A model generated the notes under the pieces. That model was not told the origin of the DNA. It worked only from the letters and a program-made list of their open reading frames with translations, and did not search any database. Shown here one piece after another: positions 20,582 through 31,346 of a stretch of 64,000 nucleotides of DNA; the first letter of the stretch is position 1, and each line of letters begins with the position of its first letter. Position numbers and translations under genes: made by a program. The DNA is from Thraustochytrium aureum (Eukaryota): the NCBI GenBank assembly GCA_012862495.1, contig BLSG01000345.1, positions 1 through 64,000 of the forward strand. The letters are read 5' to 3'.

Positions 20582-22681
20582 CTAGTCGAGCTTTGGAATC
20601 GGGACCATGACCTGTGGCACGTGCACCCACAAGTTGGCAACCCACTTCTCCGCGTCAGAGCCGCGAACGTCGCATCCGACATGAATCGCGTCGGGATTGA
20701 CGCGCATATCCGCGTTCTGGAGGTTGTAAAACAGAAGAGCGTCTCCCTTGACAGGCGTGATGCTCAGGCCGGTTGCGCACGAATTCATCTCGGCCAACGT
20801 CGGGCCAAACGAGGCTCGTTTGTCCGCTTGCTCCCCGTCGCGCGCGTCGTCCCCAGCCAGGTCCCGGCCTGCTAGGGGAAAGTTGGTCTCGCCCCCTGCA
20901 CCGTGAGACGGCGTGTTGAGGTAAAATAGCACGGTCGCAAGGCGCGAATGCGCCTTGTCCGTAACGTTTCGGCCCGCGTCAGTGTGCGCATAGTAGTGCT
21001 CGTTGCTCGAGTAGTGAACCACCTGCAAGGGCTCGGCGTAAGGAGTCAGCAACTGGGCGAGCTTTGCCGGCGATGTCTTGGCCGGCAGAGCCTCAAGCTC
21101 AAGCGGGGTAGCTCGGACTCTTTCGCGGATGCTTTGGGTCCGAAAGAAAGCCATGTCGCCAAACTCTTGCCCCATCTCATGCACGAGCTTGGCGTGAATC
21201 GCAGCTTCCTTCGCAGCCAGACGCGCATGCATCGTTTTATAAACGTTCTGGGCTCGACTTGCTCTTTTAGCCCCATTCTGCATGAGCGCCAAGGAAGACT
21301 GCTTGTCGTCCAAGGTACCGTTTAGAACAAGCACGCTCCACATGTCCGGGAGAAAGTTCTCGTCGAGGGCCATGCTCTCCTTCGCAATGCCAAACATGTT
21401 TCCTTGGAATGCAATCCACCCTGTCTGCGCGTTGCGGATGTCGCGGGCTCCGCTTTGCTCGCCCGATGAAGCGCTCGAGTGCATCGCACCACTTGACTTG
21501 GCAACGTCGACAATGCTATCGCACTGATCGTGCGAGAGAATCCCGCTGATGCGAAAAACGGCGGGTTGCAGGCTGAGGGTGGTCATTTTCACGGTCCGAG
21601 CGGCGCGCGGAAGGGCGATCTCGCGTTCGTAGCCGACCCGAACCGGCGCCCACATAAACGGGGCCTGATCTGGGACGAGCATCACGGTTGAGTTGTTATG
21701 CAGCTCCTTGACGTCCAGCACCGCAGATCCGTCTGCGACTTGATAGATACGACCAGGCTTGCCCAAGTAAGCCGGAGGGATGATCGGCTCGCCCGCTTCC
21801 ATGGCGGCCTCGTAGACTTGGCTCAGCGTTTTGTGAGTGCACGAGTCGACGACAGCAAGGAAGAAGCGAGTGGCCCCGTTAAAGTAGACGTTGATCGCCG
21901 ACCTTTTACACTCGCTGCTCTTGTTCGTGTTGCTGCTCTTGTAGAGGATGTACAGGTTCTGGATCTGGACTTCGCTCCAGGATTTGAGCTTTGCGGTGCG
22001 CTCTTCTTGCATTCGAGTAAGTGCCTCTTTCAGCGAAATTGAAGGTTCGGCGCCTGCAGGCTCAGCACAAACCTCTTCCCCGGCGCTAGACGAGCACGCT
22101 TCACCGTTTTTGAGGGTAAGGCTCTCGAGCGAGATTGCCAAGTCCACCTCGTTCTCGTCAAGGGGAAAGGCGAGGGAGCGGCGGGTGTTGGAGAGCCACG
22201 CTGGCTCAAGCTGAAGCGCCCATGCATACTTGCCCGGCGTGTCCGCGAATTGGATGGGCCCCACGCTGGGTATAGCTTCATCGCTCGCGCCGAAGATGCA
22301 TGCAAGATTGATAATGCGGTCCTCCGCGCTCTCGCTCTCCCCATGCCCGATCCAGCGGCAGTGCACGTGCCCGAGCTCCGTCTCGGTCGCTACCCGGCCT
22401 CGAAATGACCCCTTGAACGTTTCGCCCGCAACACTTATAGGCGCGCAGGCGGTTATCACGCCCTGTTGCCCTTGGATCACAAAGTCTCCGACGACTCCCT
22501 CGTCGAGCGGAGCGCCAACTTCTAGCGCTAGCTCGCTGTCCCGAGCAAGACCGCCTTTTGCGTTTAGAGCCTGGCCGTACCAGGCCCCGTGCAAGAATGC
22601 CCCGCCGCAGTCCAGAGCAGCAGAGGGCGAAGCCGCAAGAGTTGAGACCGTTGCAAGGCCAAGCCACGTGCTGCGCACCAT
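20582..22681 (-). CDS. Secretory prolyl 4-hydroxylase-like 2OG-Fe(II) dioxygenase
   Basis: Signal peptide; EPLQVVHY, HTD (HxD), RLATVLFYLN, GGETNFP, PVKGDALLFYN and HVGCDV...KWVANLW. Confidence 0.88.
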   Translation of the reverse strand: MVRSTWLGLATVSTLAASPSAALDCGGAFLHGAWYGQALNAKGGLARDSELALEVGAPLDEGVVGDFVIQGQQGVITACAPISVAGETFKGSFRGRVATETELGHVHCRWIGHGESESAEDRIINLACIFGASDEAIPSVGPIQFADTPGKYAWALQLEPAWLSNTRRSLAFPLDENEVDLAISLESLTLKNGEACSSSAGEEVCAEPAGAEPSISLKEALTRMQEERTAKLKSWSEVQIQNLYILYKSSNTNKSSECKRSAINVYFNGATRFFLAVVDSCTHKTLSQVYEAAMEAGEPIIPPAYLGKPGRIYQVADGSAVLDVKELHNNSTVMLVPDQAPFMWAPVRVGYEREIALPRAARTVKMTTLSLQPAVFRISGILSHDQCDSIVDVAKSSGAMHSSASSGEQSGARDIRNAQTGWIAFQGNMFGIAKESMALDENFLPDMWSVLVLNGTLDDKQSSLALMQNGAKRASRAQNVYKTMHARLAAKEAAIHAKLVHEMGQEFGDMAFFRTQSIRERVRATPLELEALPAKTSPAKLAQLLTPYAEPLQVVHYSSNEHYYAHTDAGRNVTDKAHSRLATVLFYLNTPSHGAGGETNFPLAGRDLAGDDARDGEQADKRASFGPTLAEMNSCATGLSITPVKGDALLFYNLQNADMRVNPDAIHVGCDVRGSDAEKWVANLWVHVPQVMVPIPKLD

Positions 22682-24319
22682 CTCGTCGCGCAGCCTCGTG
22701 CGACAGCTCAGATCACACCCCGATCACACTACAGCTCGCGGCTCTGTCAGGGCAAGGCGGCTTGCACCGGCGTCGCGCTGCTCGTCGTCCGATCGCGAGG
22801 ATGTAGTTTGGCTGCAATGTAGGTGGTGGGTTGGTCGAGTACTTCCCCAACCGCGACACCGCTCTACTAGCTAGCGCTTGAGAGTGCTCTACTACTCTAC
22901 TCCGAAACACTTTCGTACTCCATGAGGTTGGGTAACTTGGGTTCTCTTGTACCTGTAAGTGCATGCCTGCCCACTCCCTGAGTTTCGCAGGGGCACCAAA
23001 AGAAACATGAAAGATTGGAATGACTCTTCTGAGCGCGCATGCCAGTTTGGGGCAGTTTGGCGTGCCTTGGCTGCGCGGCCTTCCACTCCGGGTACTCAAC
23101 TGAAGCGAAATCACCAAGCAGCGTGGCGATTTCCTGTGAGGCCAGCTTGAGGTCAGCAGTGTGTTTCTTCTTCGCGGTCTGCGAGGTGGACATGACTGGC
23201 TGTGTGAATGAAAGAAGAACCAAAAGAACTACCAGTAGGCCTACTCCGAGTTTGCTCCCGAGTCGAGTCGTTGATTTGTTGGCCCACGCAGCTATCGGTG
23301 GGCGCTAACCCGGTCCGAGCGCTGCGGCTTTGTCACTGTCCACGGGGATATGCCGCATTCACAGATAAGCTGAGCACCATAGGTCACCATCAAAAGTTGG
23401 GGATCTCTCAAGCTCGACGTGAGCCCAGACGTGCCTTTGGAACCTTTTTCATCGATGTACCGGCCTTCATGGGCCTTGCTGTGGGAGAACGAAGCCTTGG
23501 AAACACATTTAGAACGTGCTTCGACTGCAGGGAGCCGAAATATTTTGAATTCGGCGTTCAAAGCGTCGCTACCACCATTGCAGCAGCAAGGTTTGCGAGA
23601 TCCGTACTCACCAGAGTCTGTCGCCAAGGCAGCATGGACCACTAGAAACAGAGGCAATCGTCTTCCCAACGAGAAGTGCCGTCCAAGGCCAGCTGGCAGC
23701 AAACGGCCTCCCAACGAAAGAATGACCAACCCGAGACTTTTAAGCAACAAGACTGATCGGCCGACCAGAAGCAAGAATCGATGACATTGACCGCACCGAG
23801 GTCAGTCCATCGACACGTTCTTCACGACGTTTCGTGTCAGTATCGGAAGGCTGCCATAGTCTCTAGGCTAGAGGCAGAGCAACTTGGATTCGTCGCTGGC
23901 TCCCAGCCCCCATGGCGCTGGTCTGGGGTCTCTCCAGCATGCACCCTGCGTGGCACATCGAGATCCCTCCGTTGATGCTGTATTTTAGTGAGTTGGGCAC
24001 TGCATCTTTTGCAGGAAAGCGGTGTGGCGTATCGCACCGATACATCGAGTTCACCACCCAAACCATTCTCCCAGCAAGTACAGCACCAACCACAGGACGC
24101 CGGCGTTTCAGACTGTCGGCTTGGCCGCCGCGTTGTTGGCCGCCGCGTTGGTCGCGCTGTTCCCCGTGGTGATGGACGGATCGACATCGGTCTCTCATTC
24201 AGTCAGAAAAATAGTACAAGCAGACACCCAAAAGATCCGTTCAGAACGTGGCAGACGCCAATTGGGCTGCAGCGCCGCGCACTCCGCAGCGGCAGCACGA
24301 GCGGCGGGGGCCAAAAGGC

Positions 24320-24364
24320 AGCAGCACCAGCACCAGCACCAGCACCAGCAGCACCAGCAGCAGT
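24320..24364. repeat. (CAGCAC)n microsatellite upstream of the WD40 gene
   Basis: cagcaccagcaccagcaccagcaccagcagcaccagcag. Confidence 0.8.
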
Positions 24365-24383
24365 GTCGCGCCACGCTGCTCGG

Positions 24384-27141
24384 ATGGAGGCTGGCAGCCT
24401 GGCCGCAGTGATTCCTGTCGGTCGTCCAGTCAAATGCGTCGACGTGGCGCTTGTTCTGGGCGATGATGACTGCGAGGGCGCCGGCTCTGCGACGGGAGAC
24501 GAACGGGAAGGGCCGGAAGGGGACTTGGGAAGGCGCGCGAGGGTTCTCGTAGCAGTGTGCGATGGCAAGTCGTGCGCCGCGTGGGAGATTCCTGCTGGGG
24601 CCAGGTCGAGGAGCAACGCCACGCTCGTGTGGCGGCTGAGCGTCAAAGGCGAGGCAAGCCACGATTCTGCGAACAGCAAAGACGAGGAGCCATCACGGAG
24701 TGGGCTGCGCGAGCCAGAATTCACCCAGTGCCGGTTTTCGCCGCTTTGCAGCTCTGTTGCAATTACGTGCACGGACGGCTCGGTCACTATGGTAAACGCG
24801 CTCTCGGGGGCTCGCGAGCAGCGCTTGGCAGGCCATGCCGACCACGTGTACGGCTGCGCATTTCTTTCGGAAGAAATGCTCTTTTCTGGGTCTGCAGACG
24901 GGTTTGTCTTCGTCTGGGACCTGAAACTCGGACGCAAAATTGCAACACTGAGGCACGCCAGCACTGTGCGCAGCCTGGCGGCATTCTCCTGCACGAGCCA
25001 CGGCAACGCGCGCCTAGTCGCAGGAGAGAGCGATGGCACGGTCTCTGTCTGGGATGTGCAGTCGCCCGAGTGGTACGGCGAGGCGCGCAACATCGCCATG
25101 GAACACGCCTCGCCAGACGATGCGGAAGGGGATGACGAGTGCAGCTACGCGGCACGTCGTATCGGAGAGCTGCATGCACACAGGAGCAGCATCGCCAGCG
25201 TTGCAGCATCCTGGAACGGGCGGCGCGTGGCCAGCGCGTGCCTCGACGGGTCTATCAAGGTATGGGACGCACTCAGGGCGCAGCAGGACATGGCAAGTTT
25301 GGTTAGCCAACAGCACGCCAAAGCCCTCCGCAACATGGCAGACTCGGGCTATGTGGAATTCACCGAGGACTGCATCGCAGTCGCAGACGGTGGCGCCTCG
25401 AGCATCGAAGAGTGCAAAAGCGAGTTCCGCGCTACGCTTCTGGAGTATCAGTTCAGCGATGCCAACGCGAACAGGAAGGGCAGCCGCACAAGAGTGCAAA
25501 AGCCCCTGTCTCAACCAAAGGACGCGCGATTCAGCGACGGATCAGGGGACGGGGGCCTCGACCTGGTGCACACAATGGCCCACCAAGGCTCCTGTACTGG
25601 CCTGGCCTTCACGAGCAACTTTGGTTCGCTACACGAAAGCACCGCGGAAGAGGCGCTCTTGTTTTCCGCCTCGGATGACTGCTGCATCAAGGTGTGGTGC
25701 GTTGAGACGGGCAAGGCGATATTCCAAATCCGAACGCCAGAGCCGGCAAGCGCACTGCGCGTCGTCGAGCTCGCCTCACCCCAAACAGGCGAGTCGCTGT
25801 CCCGTCACTCGGTCGTCGTCGCCTGCGGTCCGAGCGTTTTGGTGTTTGAGATGGTCGGCCTAGTCGAGCTCCAGGCTCTCGCAGAGTACGCGCAGAGCGT
25901 CAAAAGCTCGACGTGCAAAGCCTTCTGGGCTCACTACCGACGCTCCTCCGCCCTGTCAAGAGCTCTGCACTTGTGCGGGCTCGAGCGGGACTCGGACGCG
26001 GACCGCGAGCGCCTCGCGATCCTCTTCCGGGGGCAAGGAAGGCGCGGGGGCAAAGACTCTGCTTCAAGCGCGCGAGGCGGGGCGGTTTCTCGTCCATGGC
26101 GCCAACGCTGAGGCGTTCTTGCGGACCCTTGTCGGGCGCCGGGAGGAGGCCACGCGGGACCAGCTTGGGCCGCGCCTGTTCGCCAACATGCGCAATAACT
26201 GCGTTTCAGCAGAGCAAGTCTGCTTAACGCTCGTCAAGTGCCCCTTCCGGCATTCCAACGTGCTCAAGCTGCTCGCAGGTGGCGCGGCAGACTTCAAGAG
26301 GCGAACGGGGGTCGACCAGACGCGCCTTTTCAAGACCGTACGGCTTGTGGACTCTATCGACGTCGTCCTTGCGGCGGTAGGCTTTGAAAAGCTCGGGCTC
26401 GCGGACCGCAACGCCTGGGGCGGGGACCCGGACTTGGGCATGTTTGAACTTCCGCCAAGCCTGCACGGGCCCGGGGGCTGCTTTTTCTACGCGTACGAGT
26501 CGGGGTCCGGTTCCGAGGGGAGTTCCGGGTTTGATCCGTCGCTCGCGGGCTTGGCGCGCCCACTCTATGCGCATCTTGGGGTCGCCGGGAGCCCTGATGC
26601 CGCGCAAGGGGCGTTGCACAAGCTGCAGCGGCCGGCAGGAAAGCGGCGGCGGCGGCGGCAGGATTTGCAGCGCGCCGGCTCGCCGCCGCCCCTCGCAAAA
26701 CCTGGCCCGCTTTCGTCTGCAGAAGAAGAGGAGCCGCGGGGAATCGGCAATCGGCCCGCGCGGGCGGCAAGCCCAGACCAGCGCTGTGCGCAGCGCCCGC
26801 AGAGCCCCGCTTGGCCTCCGGGAGCCCTGAGCCGGTCAACCTCGCCCGGCCCCGACAGCACGGCGCTCGAATACGTGGTGGACGCCTTCGGCCTGGGCAG
26901 AGCCGCGGGACCGGATTCGTCTCAAGACAGTCGCGAGCGCGCCGACGGAAACAGCGTCGGCCCTGCCGTCGCCCCCAGCGCCGAGGGGCCAAGACCCGAG
27001 CAGGCCGACGCGCTCAGCTTGCAGGGCCTCTGCCTCGACGCGAGCTTCACTTTCCGAGCTGGGCCGCGCAAGCCTGCGCTCCGCAAGCCCGCGCTCGCTC
27101 CGCGCGCAAGGCCCGCGCTGCTCTCCGGCGCGCCTCCTTCG
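24384..27141 (+). CDS. WD40-repeat protein; frameshift at G-run 26029-26033; 3' end in gap
   Basis: GHADHVYGCAF...SGSADGFVFVWD, AHRSSIASVAAS...DGSIKVWD and AHQGSCTGL...DDCCIKVW. The frame continues into the 26119 ORF if one G is removed. Confidence 0.8.
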
Positions 27142-27487
27142 NNNNNNNNNNNNNNNNNNNNNNNNNNNNNNNNNNNNNNNNNNNNNNNNNNNNNNNNNNN
27201 NNNNNNNNNNNNNNNNNNNNNNNNNNNNNNNNNNNNNNNNNNNNNNNNNNNNNNNNNNNNNNNNNNNNNNNNNNNNNNNNNNNNNNNNNNNNNNNNNNNN
27301 NNNNNNNNNNNNNNNNNNNNNNNNNNNNNNNNNNNNNNNNNNNNNNNNNNNNNNNNNNNNNNNNNNNNNNNNNNNNNNNNNNNNNNNNNNNNNNNNNNNN
27401 NNNNNNNNNNNNNNNNNNNNNNNNNNNNNNNNNNNNNNNNNNNNNNNNNNNNNNNNNNNNNNNNNNNNNNNNNNNNNNNNNNNNNNN

Positions 27488-28724
27488 GGATCACGGCTTG
27501 CGCCCTCAGTTTTGCACGAGCGTGCTCGTGGTGGCCTCCTCGGACGTGCTGTGGATCCAGCTGCTGGGCGTCGGTGTGGGCTCGTTTGCGCAAGGGATGG
27601 GCGAGTCCTCCGTCCTGGCGCTCACCTCGTTCTACGGCCGCCGCGGCGTGACGGCCTGGTCGAGCGGGACTGGGGCTGCTGGTATATTCGGGTACACGTG
27701 GAAAGCGTTTTTCACAGACTGGTTGGGGTTTTCGTTCTCGCAAGCGCTCGTCTTTGCTAGCGCCTTGCCCGCGGCATACTACGTCGTGTATGTGACAATG
27801 CTGCGAATGCCTGGGAAGCTGGCGGATGAGGAGGAGGACGAGGACAGTGAGCGAGCCGCTGCGTGGGCGGTAACCGGCGAGAATGGAGAATGGGTCGCGC
27901 ACGATGACGACGCGGGCGGGCAGCGCGCGATCCGCGACGAGGACGAGGATGATGTGGCAATCGAGGAGGGCCAGAGGCGCTGGGTCAGAAGCTTTGCCAG
28001 TGGAGAGGACGAAGTGCCGCTCCAAGACCACGCAAACTCGGTTGAGGAGGATGCGCGCGAGCTGAGCGTTTGGGGGAAATTGGAGGTGTTCCGCTCGCTG
28101 TGGCCCTTCACCATCCCACTGGGTCTGGTCTACGTGAGCGAATACTCGATGCAGTAAGTTTGCCTGCAAAACCAAAGGCTTGCGAACGAGAACGTCAAGT
28201 CACCGAGGATGCAGGGTTACTGACGGCTGGTGAGCGATGGGCGCAGGTCCGGGACGTGGGCTGCGATCGGGTTTCCCATCGACAGCGAGGACGCGCGCAG
28301 CGAGTTTTACCTCTACTCGAATTGGTTGTACCAGGTTGGCGTGTTCTTCTCGCGCAGCTCGGGGAACTGCGTCAAGGTCGGCATGGCGGCGCTGTGGGTC
28401 ATGCCCGTGCTGCAGTGTCTGCTGCTCGTGTTTTTCATCCTCGACCCCTTGTACAGATGGTGGTGGGACAAGTCCCTGTTGGTTCTGTGCTTGCTGGTCG
28501 GGTGCCTGGGCGGCGCCGTGTACGTGCACACCTTTTGCGTCATGGAACGGACCTTGCCCAAGCGCCACAAGGAGTTTTCGATGGCGTCGGTCTCGGTTGC
28601 AGCGACTGGCGGGACTGCCCTGTCGAACGCGCTTGGGCTCATTATCCAGGGCTGCCTGTACGGCGCGCAGGGCATCACTGACGGGGGCAAGCCGCCTACC
28701 TTTACCTGCGGATACAAGTACTGA
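27488..28724 (+). CDS. CLN3: Battenin (CLN3/BTN1) lysosomal/vacuolar membrane protein; intron 28154-28246; 5' end in gap
   Basis: GMGESSVLALTSFY, AWSSGTGAAG, PLGLVYVSEYSMQ/SG, YQVGVFFSRSS, GCLGGAVYVHTF and KEFSM. Confidence 0.88.
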
Positions 28725-28836
28725 CGCTGCAGCGCGAGTCAGCTGTCGGTGCTCTGTTGGAACTCTGGTTTCAATCTAATCTTGATCGAAAGAAAGGATA
28801 TGCTTCTCTCGCTCACGCCGTGTCTCGTGAAGCGTG

Positions 28837-30427
28837 TTATAGGTAGCGGGGGCCGGAGGACTCTTCCTTCGCATCGAAATTTACACATGTCCAGTCGCCC
28901 TCCTCCCCGTCTGTCTCCTCGCTGGCCTGCGCGGGGCGGCCAACGCCTGCAAAGAGGTCGTTGCGCGTCGCGCCAGAGCCGGACTTGCCGTACAAGTCGA
29001 AATCGTAGCCGCGGCTGGCGATCATGTTGGCAGCAAGCGAGCGCAATGTCGCGGCCTTGGAGCTTATCACGTCCTTGTTGACGTTGGGCAGCTCAATCTT
29101 GGACAGCTTCTCCATCAGGAAGGCCTTGCCGAGCTCGATCGACGAGGTCGGCCCAGCCGCCGAACCGACCGCCTGGTCATCGAGCTGGATCCAGTCATCC
29201 TCGCCCTCGTCCCCCACACCGACACTGGCCCCAACGTGACCAGCTGACACGTGGCCCGCCGCGTCCTCTTCTGCGTCCGTTTCGTCCAGGGCGCGATGTG
29301 AGAACGCCGCCCGGCTGCCGATCACTGGGCCCAGCCCATCGCCCATGTCCACGCGCGCTCCCGTTGGCCCTCGGCCTGCCGAAAGGCCACCCTGTTGGGC
29401 CTCGCGTTTGTACTGCGAAATGATCGGGGAGCGCGCTACGTGTGCGTGGCCGTGGCTTCGCGACGCGTCTTCCGCGGTGCTCTCTCTGGAGAGCGTGGGC
29501 CACCCGGAGGTCGACTCGACCCCGCTCGAGTGCGAGAGCGCGTCGTCCTTGGTTGACCCGCTGTCGTCGCTCAAAACCATAGAGTCGAACCCGTTGTACA
29601 AGATCCCGTCGAGCGCGCTTCCCGACTGTCGCCGGGACCTTTCTGAGATAGTGGCGGTGCGGCTTTGTGCGCCAAAACCGTCACCTGAGCCAGGCTCGTC
29701 GAGGCTGAAAGCTGGTGGGGCAGCCCTGTCGTAGGCTGGGTGGCCCCGCGGCACAGAGCTGTACATTGGCGACTTGTATAGGTCCTCAACGTCAGCCGCC
29801 GTCGCCGGGCGCTCTACGGGCTGTCGCGCCTGGACGGGCTTGCTGTCATAGCGCACTTCCGATGAAGTCTCAGTGGCGGCCTCAACGACAGCTTCAGCAC
29901 TTGCCCCATCGAGGGCCCTCGTATCCGGGCGCTCGCACTCCTCGCTCATCAGTTCGTCGTTCTCGTTTGCGGCTTTGGCAAGGTCCGGCGCGTCCAGCGC
30001 TGCAGCTTCGAGGCGTGGTTCCGCCGTCTCATGCAGACCCGGGGCTCCTTGGTCGTGTCTGGACGCGTCGCCAGCGTCGTCGTCGCAAACTTGCGCGACG
30101 GGAGTGAGGGCCTCGCCGTCACACTCGCCGCTGCACTGCTCTCCGCGTTCAGTCGCGTTGGCGCCCTCAGCTCCTTCGGCAGCCCGAGCAGCGACAGGCG
30201 GATCCACAACATGTACATCAGGTTTGCCGCTCGCCTCGCTGTCTTGGCCGCCGCTGCTCTCCAACCCGGCGCGCGACTCGCCCTGCGTCGAGGTGGCGGT
30301 TGCCTCGTCCCTGGTGCTGGATACGTCTTCCATGACAGCGTCGCCTTCAACAGCGCCTTGAAGGGCCCTTGTCGGAGGCTTAACCGACCCGGCAGGCGCA
30401 TCTTGCTTTGCACGCGCCTGCGCGTCT
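28837..30427 (-). CDS. Acidic, low-complexity hypothetical protein; frame open into the upstream gap
   Basis: More than 500 open codons, Ala/Glu/Asp/Ser-rich; two acidic WxxL/V motifs near the C-terminus. Confidence 0.7.
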
Positions 30428-31346
30428 NNNNNNNNNNNNNNNNNNNNNNNNNNNNNNNNNNNNNNNNNNNNNNNNNNNNNNNNNNNNNNNNNNNNNNNNN
30501 NNNNNNNNNNNNNNNNNNNNNNNNNNNNNNNNNNNNNNNNNNNNNNNNNNNNNNNNNNNNNNNNNNNNNNNNNNNNNNNNNNNNNNNNNNNNNNNNNNNN
30601 NNNNNNNNNNNNNNNNNNNNNNNNNNNNNNNNNNNNNNNNNNNNNNNNNNNNNNNNNNNNNNNNNNNNNNNNNNNNNNNNNNNNNNNNNNNNNNNNNNNN
30701 NNNNNNNNNNNNNNNNNNNNNNNNNNNNNNNNNNNNNNNNNNNNNNNNNNNNNNNNNNNNNNNNNNNNNNNNNNNNNNNNNNNNNNNNNNNNNNNNNNNN
30801 NNNNNNNNNNNNNNNNNNNNNNNNNNNNNNNNNNNNNNNNNNNNNNNNNNNNNNNNNNNNNNNNNNNNNNNNNNNNNNNNNNNNNNNNNNNNNNNNNNNN
30901 NNNCGCCGCGGCCGAGGCGGTCGGTCGGTCTGTGACAGGCGGCCGGCGAGAACAAGCTGCCAGCTGGAGGACGAGGTACTGCCGCTTGGGCTCGGCTGCA
31001 CCTGATTGATTGATCCTCGGGCTTGATGTGGCGAGCCGTGCGATCTATTCTGCTCGCGGTGGTCATCTCATCTTCGAGTGGTGAGCGTGTCGTGAGGTTG
31101 TGGTTGGTGCCACAGCATCACGGGCGACCCGGCAACAGGATGCTCGGACTACATTCGGTTTGCTCAGCATGAAGGCACTCTAAATAGATAGATAGGAGTA
31201 CTCGTACGCGGTAGGGTAGAGTACCGGCGAAGTCAACTTGTCATTCCAATACTTGTTTTGTTGATTGAAATCTTTCAAGAAACCCTATCGAGTTCGCACA
31301 AGTGCTGCAGCGACGGGCCTCCGAAAGAGTGCGTTGCTGCATCGCT

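Noticed and set aside
22900..23784. Possible small gene between the P4H and WD40 genes
   Set aside because: Could not build a consistent spliced model and no motif was recognised.
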